Shown in pieces: positions 9,636 to 19,220 of a stretch of 32,811 nt of DNA. The translations under genes and the position numbers were made by a program. Below the pieces are notes generated by a model, which was given only the letters and a program-made list of their open reading frames with translations, was not told where the DNA came from and ran no database searches. The stretch spans positions 1 to 32,811 of the forward strand of contig JBHLON010000036.1 of NCBI GenBank assembly GCA_048940445.1, read 5' to 3'. This DNA is from Promethearchaeota archaeon. Its GTDB lineage: Archaea; Asgardarchaeota; Lokiarchaeia; Sigyniarchaeales; SOKP01. Position 1 is the first letter of the stretch, and each line of letters begins with the position of its first letter.

Positions 9636-10466
9636 ATGAATCTAGGAATAAGTAGTTTAGGATTTATTATCGAATTAGGGATATTGAACCATTATCAAGA
9701 TGTTTATGATTTATTATATAACTCTACAAAAATGTGCTTAGATTTTGCTGATGAAAGGAATATAGATCTAGTAGAATTAGTGATAGATCCTCCAGAAATT
9801 CAGCAGACTGAAAAAAGGCTTCAACTTATCGATTTAATCAATTCTTATCCTATTAAAATACAAGTTCATGGTCCTTTTATAGATGTAAACCTTTGTTCTC
9901 ATAATAATACCATATCTAAAGCTTCACTCGAAATCTATATAGATACTGCAAAATTTTGTAATGCTATCAATGCGAAGATTATGACTATACACCCCGGTTT
10001 GGCTAATTCCTCGATAGAAACAATACAAGACTACAATAAAATCCAATTAAAACACACTATTGAACAATTACTAAATTTCACTTCAAACTATGATATGATA
10101 ATTTGCTTAGAAAATATGACTAAACGCTCAGGTATCATGTTGGATGAAAGTAATATAGAAGATATAATATCATTTATCAATCGTGATGATCTATACTTAA
10201 CATACGATACAAGTCATTTCTACACTGCTAATGGTAATATTGAGTTATTATGGGACAAATTTCATAATAAGATTAAAAATGTCCATTTAGTCGACAATTT
10301 TACCAAAGAATCAGACCCTCATCCTACATTAGGTGTAGGAAATATCAATTTTCAAGAAATATTTAATATTATTAAGGGATATAATTACGAAGGTCCATTC
10401 ATAATAGAATTATCATCAGCAAAAGATTTAGATGAAAGTTTAAATTTTATCAATAAATTCCTTTAA
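9636..10466 (+). CDS. Sugar phosphate isomerase/epimerase (xylose isomerase-like TIM barrel, AP endonuclease 2 family)
   Basis: VHGPFIDVNL, IHPG, LENM, DTSH, HLVDN, H...G.G.I, IIE. Start moved to the ATG at 9636 to avoid overlap with the upstream gene. Confidence 0.85.
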   Translation: MNLGISSLGFIIELGILNHYQDVYDLLYNSTKMCLDFADERNIDLVELVIDPPEIQQTEKRLQLIDLINSYPIKIQVHGPFIDVNLCSHNNTISKASLEIYIDTAKFCNAINAKIMTIHPGLANSSIETIQDYNKIQLKHTIEQLLNFTSNYDMIICLENMTKRSGIMLDESNIEDIISFINRDDLYLTYDTSHFYTANGNIELLWDKFHNKIKNVHLVDNFTKESDPHPTLGVGNINFQEIFNIIKGYNYEGPFIIELSSAKDLDESLNFINKFL

Positions 10467-10498
10467 ATCTTTGAATAAGATTCTGAGTTGAAACTTAA

Positions 10499-10891
10499 AT
10501 GAAAATTATATCATTACAAATAAATGATGATTTATTGCAACGTTTTGAAGAAGTCAGAATCCAAAGTGGGTTCAATTCAAAAAGTGAAGCACTTAGAGAT
10601 GCTATTGTAAAATTTATCGAAGTAAATGATGTTTTCGAAAACATGAAGGGATATAAAATTATGACTATTAATTTAGTATATCCCTTTAAAGATGTTATTG
10701 CTGATGAAATCTCCGATATTTATAATCGTTTTCATTCAATTATTAAAGCAATTACTGATTGGAGAATAGCAGAAAAGAAGATTGAGGTTATTCTAGCGGT
10801 TGGAGATATCTTTGTCATAAAAGATTTACATAATAGTATAGCTAAGATTAAAGATGTCATCTGCTCTATGCATGAAGTCATCATCGATTAA
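10499..10891 (+). CDS. NikR-like ribbon-helix-helix transcription regulator with ACT-like C-terminal domain
   Basis: IISLQINDDLL...GFNSKSEALRDAI (RHH). TINLVY...IEVILAVGD matches the NikR C-terminal layout. Confidence 0.75.
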   Translation: MKIISLQINDDLLQRFEEVRIQSGFNSKSEALRDAIVKFIEVNDVFENMKGYKIMTINLVYPFKDVIADEISDIYNRFHSIIKAITDWRIAEKKIEVILAVGDIFVIKDLHNSIAKIKDVICSMHEVIID

Positions 10892-10902
10892 GCTAAAAAA
10901 TT

Positions 10903-11757
10903 TTAATCCAAACGAAGAGATAAATCTACATGTTTAAATGGGGCATATGTTAAATTGCCTATACTAATGATGTCTGGCTCTGCTAAAATAAAATCAACGA
11001 TATTTTCATTGTTAATACCTCCTGATACTTCAACTATTACTTGATTACGCAAATTATTTTTATGCAGAATATTTATAGAGTCTTCAACTTGATCCGGTGA
11101 CATATTATCAAACATTATGATATCTGCTCCATTTTGAGCCGCAATTAATACATCTTCAACTCTTTCAATTTCAATTTCAATTTTTTTTGTAAAACTTGCT
11201 CTCTTCCTTACATCCGCTAGTAACTTCTTAACGTTATTATTATAATACTTTAAATGTGTGTCTTTTAACAATATCATATCATCTAAAGAGAAGCGATGGG
11301 GCTCACCTCCTCCTAAAATAACTGCTTTTTTTTCAAAAATACGAAGTCCAGGAATGGTTTTTCTTGTAGCAGCTATTTTTACATTTTTACCAGATCTTTT
11401 TACAATATTTACAAATTCTCTAGTTGTAGTGGTAATAGCAGACATATGAGAGACTAGATTTAATCCAACACGTTCTCCAGTTAATATATTTCTTGTATTA
11501 CCTCTTAATTCTACTAGAATTTCATCTTTATTAAATGGGTCTCCGTCTTTTTTCTTTAATTGACATTCTACTTTTAAAATCATAAAGAGAATAGTTAGTT
11601 CTTCTAATCCTGAGATGTACCCCTCACTTTTGGTAATTATTTTAGCAGATGATATTGCCTCTAATGGGATAAAATGTGACGAAATATCAGTAAAATTGCA
11701 ATCTTCTTCGAGAAATTCTCGAATCTTCTTTTCAATAATAATTTTATTGAAACTCAT
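10903..11757 (-). CDS. nadC: Nicotinate-nucleotide pyrophosphorylase (quinolinate phosphoribosyltransferase)
   Basis: ATRKTIPGLR, HRFSLDDMILLKDTH, IEIE, IMFDNM, EVSGGI. Confidence 0.95.
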   Translation of the reverse strand: MSFNKIIIEKKIREFLEEDCNFTDISSHFIPLEAISSAKIITKSEGYISGLEELTILFMILKVECQLKKKDGDPFNKDEILVELRGNTRNILTGERVGLNLVSHMSAITTTTREFVNIVKRSGKNVKIAATRKTIPGLRIFEKKAVILGGGEPHRFSLDDMILLKDTHLKYYNNNVKKLLADVRKRASFTKKIEIEIERVEDVLIAAQNGADIIMFDNMSPDQVEDSINILHKNNLRNQVIVEVSGGINNENIVDFILAEPDIISIGNLTYAPFKHVDLSLRLD

Positions 11758-11814
11758 TTTTCGTAAGAAATACTTTGTGGTATAATTATTATAGATTAAG
11801 ACTTAATTAAAATT

Positions 11815-12450
11815 ATGGTAAAAACGGAAGTAATATTTATCCCAAGTAATCAAGCTGAACTTGAAGCGGAGTATTTTCAATCAACTAAATCCCTTAAAAA
11901 CATTTGTATATTAATATTTCATCCACATCCTCAATTCGGGGGAGATATGTTTAATAATGTGGTAAGCCAAATTTTTAAAAAATTCATTCAAGAAGAAATT
12001 TCTTGTTTAAGATTCAACTTTAGAGGCGTTGGAAAGTCGACAGGAACTCACACAAATGGTGTAGGTGAATTAAATGATGTTAAAGTAACCATTGACTATC
12101 TATTAAATGAAAAAACTGAAAGGTTATTCTTATGTGGATATTCTTACGGAGCGGCAATGGGATGCTCTATGGTAAATTACTCCAATAAAATTATTGGTTA
12201 TGCTGCAATCTCCTTCCCTTGGGACTTTATGGGAGAAAAATATAAAAAATTGTCTCAATCAATTAAACCTAAATTGTTCATACAAGGTGATAAAGATGAT
12301 ATTGCTTCTTTTGATAGATTTAAGCTCCATTTTAATGATTATAGAGAACCTAAAATACAGAAAATAATACATGGAGCTGATCATTTTTATTGGGGGTATG
12401 AAGCTCAAGTAGCTAAGGAAGTTTTCGAGTTTTTTATTAGACTGCTTTAA
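11815..12450 (+). CDS. Alpha/beta-fold hydrolase (COG2945 type)
   Basis: HPHPQFGGDMFNNVV, RFNFRGVGKS, GYSYG nucleophile elbow, GDKDD, GADHF. Confidence 0.9.
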   Translation: MVKTEVIFIPSNQAELEAEYFQSTKSLKNICILIFHPHPQFGGDMFNNVVSQIFKKFIQEEISCLRFNFRGVGKSTGTHTNGVGELNDVKVTIDYLLNEKTERLFLCGYSYGAAMGCSMVNYSNKIIGYAAISFPWDFMGEKYKKLSQSIKPKLFIQGDKDDIASFDRFKLHFNDYREPKIQKIIHGADHFYWGYEAQVAKEVFEFFIRLL

Positions 12451-12845
12451 ATTGACGAGAGCTTTTCAAGATCATCCCGACTATTATCTTCTGCCCAATC
12501 TAAAAGTTGATCATAATATTTCTCAATATCTTCAGATTCTGGGACTTTTGAAAGTACCGCTAAAAGAAATTGAGTCTTTTGGTCCTTCATTATAATATTT
12601 CTACAAACAATAAAGTCATCTAGATATTTTATTTTCATACTAGCAAGTTGAGACAGATCTAATTCTTCTGATGCTTTATAAGCTGAATCGCTCAATAACG
12701 AACCCATAGCAGCAATTACTCGTTCATCAACATCATCAGCTTTTTGTGAAGCTAAGACTAGTCCAGTGGAAGTAGAAAATAAAGATGCTCGAAAATTACC
12801 ATTATCATTCAATTCTTTTAAGACCATTTCTAATCTACTGACCAT
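12447..12845 (-). CDS. Roadblock/LC7 domain protein
   Basis: LEMVLKEL...ASLFSTSTGLVLAS...DERVIAAMGSLL...ASEEL, the typical Roadblock pattern. Confidence 0.75.
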   Translation of the reverse strand: MVSRLEMVLKELNDNGNFRASLFSTSTGLVLASQKADDVDERVIAAMGSLLSDSAYKASEELDLSQLASMKIKYLDDFIVCRNIIMKDQKTQFLLAVLSKVPESEDIEKYYDQLLDWAEDNSRDDLEKLSSI

Positions 12846-12939
12846 AAAATCACGATCTTTTATTTTTAAATTGCTTTCGCGTTTTATATGTGTATATTAA
12901 ATATGAGGATTCATTTATTTAATATTTACTCATTTTACA

Positions 12940-13461
12940 TTATACATTTAGATTAATTAAAAAAGTGGTTAATATCCCCTCCTTATCTATATTTAAAGTA
13001 ATAACACTGGGTCTAGCTATCGGCTTATCGAACCCTCTTTTCTGAGGAGGCGCTACTGGTCGTGTAGGACTACCGGGATTAATTATTAGCGTATTATATG
13101 CAGTTCCTTTAATTAGAGGTTGATGACTATGACCAATTATTAAGATATTTAAATTCTTTTCTTTAAAAAAAACCTCTAAATTATCAGGTTCTTGATGAAT
13201 TACTCCAATATTATATTTTCCTACTGTGAATTTAATGAAATCAGGCAAATTTTCAATCCTATCTTCATTTCCGCGAACACATTTAGTTGGTGCTATTTTT
13301 TTGAGTTCTTTTAGAAAAAAATTCTCACAAACATCTCCAGCATGGATTATTTCATCTACATCTCTGAATGCTTTCTTCAACTGATCCAAAAAATTTTTAA
13401 CCGAAATTGGATCTGTATTTGAAATAAAATGAGTATCAGCAATAATCCCAAATTTTACCAT
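12940..13461 (-). CDS. YfcE/MJ0936/Vps29-family metallophosphoesterase
   Basis: ADTH, HAGD, RGNED, GHSH, NPGS. Confidence 0.9.
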   Translation of the reverse strand: MVKFGIIADTHFISNTDPISVKNFLDQLKKAFRDVDEIIHAGDVCENFFLKELKKIAPTKCVRGNEDRIENLPDFIKFTVGKYNIGVIHQEPDNLEVFFKEKNLNILIIGHSHQPLIKGTAYNTLIINPGSPTRPVAPPQKRGFDKPIARPSVITLNIDKEGILTTFLINLNV

Positions 13462-13476
13462 TGTAGTATCATGGTT

Positions 13477-14556
13477 TTATACTAATATAATTCCGATCAT
13501 AAAAATAATCAATCCAAAGAGAAAATCGGCAAAAATTCTAAGAATTTTATGAGAAGATTTTTCTTTAATTGTTATATCATTTTTAAAATATGCACCGAAT
13601 TCTCTAAGACCATTAATTAATCCTTCTTTTATTCGAGGAAACTGCCATATAAGCAAAGCTATACTTATTGATAATAGAGGGCAGTATAAGTAAAGTGAAA
13701 AGGGAAAGAAACTATTTCCTTGTAAAAAATTCCAAATTGCATGAGCACTGATAATATTATTAACAGCATGAGCGAATATTGCAGGAAATAACCACCTTTT
13801 TCTTATAACTACCATTGCCAAGATAATTCCAACAAAAAAGGTCTGTATAAACCAGATTAGTGGGAAAATTATAGGAAGATTTATGGTAAATGGAGTAAAA
13901 ATATAAGAAAAATGCCCCAAACCAAAGAAGAAGGAAGATATTACTACAGCAGACATATTATTTACATAATCACTTCCTCTATTGGCTAAAAATCCACGAC
14001 TTAATGATTCTTCATAGATCGCAACACTACTTTGAATTATTAACACTGATATAATGAAATATAGATAACTTTGTAAGAGATATGAGTTATAAGAAGCTGG
14101 AGTCACTTCAGGAAAAACACCAAGAGCAATAGAAAGGTATTCCAACATATTAGGAAAAATTAAATATGTGAAAAAGTCTAATGGTATAAAGACTAAAAAG
14201 AGTAAAAGAAAACCATACAATAATTGATACTTAAAATTTTTTTCTGAAATCTTAAATAAATTGATAAAATTCTTTGAAGGACTAACATCTTCTTTTAATA
14301 TTAATTTTCTTTTTTGTGATTGCAGCGCAAAATTAGATACAATAAGAAAAATAGGAATCGCAGCCAATATAATGAAAGCTCTAAATAAAAAATATAAAGG
14401 TTCATAAGCAGGTGAATTTTCATCTACTATTAATTGAGGAATATACGTAGGGATCAATAAAAATAAAAAAATCCCTAAAAAAATTATTAAAATTTCAACA
14501 AGGAAATAAAATCGTTGTTTAAAAATTAGATTAGCTGTGCTCCTTATTCTAGTCAT
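13477..14556 (-). CDS. CPBP/Abi (type II CAAX protease-like) intramembrane glutamic/metalloprotease
   Basis: Multi-TM protein with EESLSRG, FFGLGH and AHAVNN motifs. Confidence 0.85.
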   Translation of the reverse strand: MTRIRSTANLIFKQRFYFLVEILIIFLGIFLFLLIPTYIPQLIVDENSPAYEPLYFLFRAFIILAAIPIFLIVSNFALQSQKRKLILKEDVSPSKNFINLFKISEKNFKYQLLYGFLLLFLVFIPLDFFTYLIFPNMLEYLSIALGVFPEVTPASYNSYLLQSYLYFIISVLIIQSSVAIYEESLSRGFLANRGSDYVNNMSAVVISSFFFGLGHFSYIFTPFTINLPIIFPLIWFIQTFFVGIILAMVVIRKRWLFPAIFAHAVNNIISAHAIWNFLQGNSFFPFSLYLYCPLLSISIALLIWQFPRIKEGLINGLREFGAYFKNDITIKEKSSHKILRIFADFLFGLIIFMIGIILV

Positions 14557-14699
14557 AAATCATTTTGCATATGATAATTTGAATAACAAAGTATTGATTT
14601 AAAAAATTTTAAACTTTATTATTTTCCCCAATTTATAGGTTGAAATCCAATTCTGATTTGAGAAAAGATATTATCTAGAAAAACTTTAATTGTATTGCA

Positions 14700-15881
14700 T
14701 TAACTATACCTAAATGTTCCATATTCAGATTTAATTTCGGCGATATTTTTATCTGTTATTGAACTTTTTTCGCAATTACCAATGATTTTACAATCTATAT
14801 TAAAACATTTAATTACTTTAATAATTTCTTTAGAATAAGATTCATTACAATAAATTTCCATTCTATGTCCCATATTAAAAGTCTGAAACATCTCCCTCCA
14901 TTGAGTCTCAGAAGATTGTTGGATAATTTGAAAGATTTTTGGAACCTTAAACAAATTATTTTTGCAATATTTAATCCCATTGCCAAAATTTAAAACTTTT
15001 GTTTGACCACCACCAGTAATATGAATTATGCCATGAATTTCACTTCGAAACTTTTTTAAGATTTCTATAATAACGGGAGCATATGTTCTTGTTGGAGAAA
15101 GAAGAGCATCTCCTATTGTCATCTGAAGATCTTTAATTTCATCTGTTAAAAGATAATTTCCATAAAATGTTAATTCCTCAGCATTATTTGGATCAATACA
15201 TTCAGGATATTTTTTAAAATAATTATGGGAAAGTAGTCCATGTCTAGCTAGTGTGAGCCCATTACTCCCTATTCCACTATTATATTCATTTTCATAAATA
15301 GCTTTTCCATAACTGGCTAAACCTATTATAACATCATCGTTTTGTATATTACTTGCATCAATTACCTCATTTCTTTTCATGCTTGTGAATACAGAGGCGT
15401 CAACTAGTAGGGTTTTAACAATATCTCCTACATCAGCAGTCTCTCCTCCTGAAGTTATTATGTTTAACCCCAAATCAGAAACCGTCTTGGAATATGACTC
15501 ATATTCATTAATAATTATTTCAATTATTTCTCCAGAAATGAAGTTGCGATTCCTACTGATATTATTAGATAAAAATATATCCCCTGTGGCTCCAACACAT
15601 AAAATATCGTCGATATTCATTACCATGGCATCTCTTACTATTCCCCTAAATACAGATAGATCGTTTGTTTCTTTATAATACATATAGGCAATAATAGATT
15701 TTGTGCCTGCTCCATCAGAATGGAAAATAGAGCAAAAATCTTTACGATTGTTAACATCTCTTACTATTTTACAGAAAGCTCCTGGAAACAATCCTTTATC
15801 AATTGATTTTATTGCTCTATGCACATCCTCCTTTTTGGATGAGACCCCCAATTTAGGATAAATATCCTTATTATTAACCAT
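14700..15881 (-). CDS. purM: Phosphoribosylformylglycinamidine cyclo-ligase (AIR synthetase)
   Basis: GVSSKKEDVH, DGAGTK, MNIDD, GGETADV, GSNGLT, HITGGG, TFNMG. Coupled to purB. Confidence 0.88.
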   Translation of the reverse strand: MVNNKDIYPKLGVSSKKEDVHRAIKSIDKGLFPGAFCKIVRDVNNRKDFCSIFHSDGAGTKSIIAYMYYKETNDLSVFRGIVRDAMVMNIDDILCVGATGDIFLSNNISRNRNFISGEIIEIIINEYESYSKTVSDLGLNIITSGGETADVGDIVKTLLVDASVFTSMKRNEVIDASNIQNDDVIIGLASYGKAIYENEYNSGIGSNGLTLARHGLLSHNYFKKYPECIDPNNAEELTFYGNYLLTDEIKDLQMTIGDALLSPTRTYAPVIIEILKKFRSEIHGIIHITGGGQTKVLNFGNGIKYCKNNLFKVPKIFQIIQQSSETQWREMFQTFNMGHRMEIYCNESYSKEIIKVIKCFNIDCKIIGNCEKSSITDKNIAEIKSEYGTFRYS

Positions 15882-17250
15882 TTTTTAAATTGAATTTTTT
15901 CTTTAGATAATTTTTCAAATTTAGGACTTGCTCAATTGCCTTCCCAATATACTTATGGGGATCCAGCAATTCATTTAATTCTTCTTGAGAAAATTTGCTT
16001 TTAATAATGTCATTTTCGAGTAATATATCATTAATCATACGTTTCTGCTTTATAGATTTAAGAGCAGATTGTCTTAAAATCTCATGTCCTTCTTGCCTTC
16101 CAATACCCTTATCAACCAATCTTACCATGACTTTTTCAGCTAAACAAGCACCCTTAGTTAGGTTTAAATTTTCTTCAATTTTATTAGTATTAAATTCAAT
16201 ATGAGAAAGATTATCAATTAATTGTTTTATAATAAAATCTAATAATACAAAATTTTCAGCAAAGATTATTCTTTCATTTGCTGAATTCGTTAAGTCTCTC
16301 TCATCTTCAAGTATAATGTTATCCAAAGCAGGAATTATGTTAGATTTGATAAGTCTCGCTAAACTACAAATTCTCTCAGATTTATATGGATTTCGTTTAT
16401 GTGGCATGGTTGAACTTCCAACTTGCGCTTCTTTAAATGGTTCAAACATCTCTGATATTTCAGTTCGTTGTAATATACGAAATTGTGTAGCTATTTTTGC
16501 TAGAGTTTGTCCAATTAAGGCTGTCAGCAATATTACTTCAGCATGTCTATCTCTTTGAACTATTTGATTAGCAATAAGAACCGGATTCAAATCAAGCTCT
16601 TTCATAACTAATCTCTGTAACTCTATACCATAATCACCAAAGCTTGCCATAGTTCCTACTGCTCCTGACATTTTACCATAAGAAATGCGTTCTAATACTT
16701 CATTTATCCGATCAATATGTCGATTTATTTCATAAGCCCATACTCCAAATCTCATTCCATATGTCGTTGGTAATGCATGTTGTCCATGTGTTCTTCCAAT
16801 ACAGATTAAATCTTTATTTTTTTCCATTTGAGTTATTAAAACTTGCAATAAAATCAAAAGAGATTCTCGAGTATAAATTAAAGCTTCTTTTAATTGTAAC
16901 CCTGTTGATGTGTCTTCTATGTCATAACTTGTGGCACCTAGATGTATATATTTACCTGCATCGCCTTCACATTGCTCTGTTAGAGCCTTTACCATGGCCA
17001 TTAAATCATGATGAATTTTATTATCAATCTCTTTCACACGTTCTAATTTAACGTAATCTAAATTTGCTTTCTTTATAATCTCATCTGCAACTCTTTGAGG
17101 AATATTCCCAACTTTCGCATGAACTTTAGCTAAAACAGCCTCTACCTTTAGCCAAGTTTCCAGTTTCTTTTCCTCTGTGAAAAGGTAAGCCAATTCAGTA
17201 CGATAACGTGTTTCGATTGGATGAATATAATTATGATTCATAACGCTCAC
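15874..17250 (-). CDS. purB: Adenylosuccinate lyase
   Basis: HLGATSYD, GRTHGQHA, GKMSGAVG, GSSTMPHKRNP. Confidence 0.95.
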   Translation of the reverse strand: MSVMNHNYIHPIETRYRTELAYLFTEEKKLETWLKVEAVLAKVHAKVGNIPQRVADEIIKKANLDYVKLERVKEIDNKIHHDLMAMVKALTEQCEGDAGKYIHLGATSYDIEDTSTGLQLKEALIYTRESLLILLQVLITQMEKNKDLICIGRTHGQHALPTTYGMRFGVWAYEINRHIDRINEVLERISYGKMSGAVGTMASFGDYGIELQRLVMKELDLNPVLIANQIVQRDRHAEVILLTALIGQTLAKIATQFRILQRTEISEMFEPFKEAQVGSSTMPHKRNPYKSERICSLARLIKSNIIPALDNIILEDERDLTNSANERIIFAENFVLLDFIIKQLIDNLSHIEFNTNKIEENLNLTKGACLAEKVMVRLVDKGIGRQEGHEILRQSALKSIKQKRMINDILLENDIIKSKFSQEELNELLDPHKYIGKAIEQVLNLKNYLKKKFNLKNG

Positions 17251-17436
17251 TTTATTATTTTCTAATTTAATAAAAGTAAGAATTTTTTATTATATTTTTT
17301 ATTAAAAACACCTTCTTAACAATTAAAGAAGATTATGTCCTTCTTAATAATAAATTTCTATGTAATCTATATAGCAAATTACTAAATTAATAAACTTTCC
17401 AAGATTTTAAGTTGTTTCTAATGCTTCTATGTTGAG

Positions 17437-17673
17437 ATGCAAAATATCAGAAAATATTATTTTTATCGATGTTATCATTGTGGTGAGTGGTATTATTGTA
17501 ATAAAATAATTAAAACAAAAAAATGCTGGAGATGTAATCATTCATTTACCTTTAAGCCATCGACAAAATTTTCAAAATATGTAACTCTTTCTCAAGCAAT
17601 ACAAATTGTTAAATATTTAAAAGAAAAGGCTGAAAGTGAAATTAGCCCAACTTCTCAACCTCAGAAAAATTAA
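17437..17673 (+). CDS. Small Zn-ribbon protein (DUF1922-like)
   Basis: RCYHCG...TKKCWRC double CxxC followed by a helix. Confidence 0.65.
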   Translation: MQNIRKYYFYRCYHCGEWYYCNKIIKTKKCWRCNHSFTFKPSTKFSKYVTLSQAIQIVKYLKEKAESEISPTSQPQKN

Positions 17674-17768
17674 ATAAAAAAAAATTAATTTACAATTATT
17701 CAATCATCTTATTAGATGAACAGCTTTTTTATTTTTGAAAGAAATAAAATTAATTATTACTATCTATC

Positions 17769-19220
17769 ATGAAAATAGCTGATGAATTAAAAATATTTGA
17801 TGATAATTTAACCACACGACTATCTAATTTAGCAAGTAATGAGATTGAATATTGGGATATCAGAGCCATTTTACAGAATGGAACAACTTTAGACTTTACA
17901 AACAAAAGAAGCAAAGAAGTTAGTTCATACGAGACTTTTGAATGTGGAATAAGAACTTTTTTAGATGGAGGATGGGGGTTTTGCGTTCCAAGGACTTTAA
18001 CTAAAGAAGATCTAATTAATAGTTTTTCGAAAGCTATAAAATTAGCAAAGAAATCAAATCAACTTTCAAAACATAAGTTTAAAATAACTGAAAAAAACCC
18101 GATTGAAAAATTTTTTAAAGTCAGTAGTAAAATGAATTTAGAAGGCATCGATATAAAAGATAAAATTGAAACAGTAAGATATCATGAAGACGTTGCTTTA
18201 AATTATTCAAAGGAAGTAAAAAATAGTCACACAATTTATTTAGATGGATATTCAAAAAATTTGTTCTTAAACTCATTCGGTAGTAAAATATATCAAGAAC
18301 TGGAATTATTACGTATTTTTTCAGCTGTCTATGCTCAAAAAGAAGGCGTAATACAAAACGCTATGAATTCAGTTGGAGGTGTTGGAGGATTTGAGATTTT
18401 AGAAACAGAAGAAGCTCAAAATATAAGTTTAAAATCAGCAAGACAGGCAGTTTCTCTCCTAAATGCAAAATCTCCTGTAGGTGGCAAATTCGATGTGATA
18501 ATGGATCCAAAATTAACAGGAACTTTTATTCATGAAGCTTTTGGCCATGCATGTGAGGCAGATTTAATTTTAAATAAAGAAAGTGTATTAGAAGATAAGA
18601 TTGGAAATATAGTGGCAATTGAGGATGTAAATGTAATTGATGATCCAACAGTTGGTAAAGGAAAATTATTTAATTTACCATATGAATTATATGGTAGTTA
18701 TTTCATAGATGATGAGGGCACACCTTCACAAAAAACTGTGATAATAGAAAATGGTGTTCTTAGGAGCTTCTTACATAATATTGAAACTGCCTCTAGAATG
18801 TCTGTTAAGCCTAATGGTCATGGAAGAGCAAATTCTTGTACAGCAATTCCTCAAGTTAGAATGGGTTTTACATATCTAGAACCAAAAGATTGGGAATTAG
18901 ACGAGTTAATTGAAGATACAAAATTAGGAATTCTGTGTGAAGATTTCCAATATGGATATACTGATGCAAGTACTGGAAATTTTCAATTTAAATGTAAATT
19001 TTCTTATAAGATCGAAAATGGTCAAAAGATGGAACTAATGAGAGACGTAGCGCTTTCTGGATTGACGCTTGAAGTGTTAAAGAAAATTAATGCCATAGGT
19101 AATAAAAACACATTTGGTTACTCTGACGGTATGTGTGGGAAGGGTGGCCAAAGTGTGAGAGTTTGTGATGGAGGTCCGTACATTAGAATAGAAGACATAG
19201 TAGTTGGAGGTCTCAGTTAA
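17769..19220 (+). CDS. tldD: TldD metalloprotease subunit
   Basis: HEAFGHACEAD, DDEG, GHGR, RM, CGKGGQ. Confidence 0.92.
   Translation: MKIADELKIFDDNLTTRLSNLASNEIEYWDIRAILQNGTTLDFTNKRSKEVSSYETFECGIRTFLDGGWGFCVPRTLTKEDLINSFSKAIKLAKKSNQLSKHKFKITEKNPIEKFFKVSSKMNLEGIDIKDKIETVRYHEDVALNYSKEVKNSHTIYLDGYSKNLFLNSFGSKIYQELELLRIFSAVYAQKEGVIQNAMNSVGGVGGFEILETEEAQNISLKSARQAVSLLNAKSPVGGKFDVIMDPKLTGTFIHEAFGHACEADLILNKESVLEDKIGNIVAIEDVNVIDDPTVGKGKLFNLPYELYGSYFIDDEGTPSQKTVIIENGVLRSFLHNIETASRMSVKPNGHGRANSCTAIPQVRMGFTYLEPKDWELDELIEDTKLGILCEDFQYGYTDASTGNFQFKCKFSYKIENGQKMELMRDVALSGLTLEVLKKINAIGNKNTFGYSDGMCGKGGQSVRVCDGGPYIRIEDIVVGGLS

Noticed and set aside
18653-18680. Inverted repeat TGGTAAA/TTTACCA over a short insertion in tldD as an in-frame intron
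   Set aside because: No 4-bp central helix with 3-nt bulges can be drawn and the frame is open. Likely chance in AT-rich DNA.
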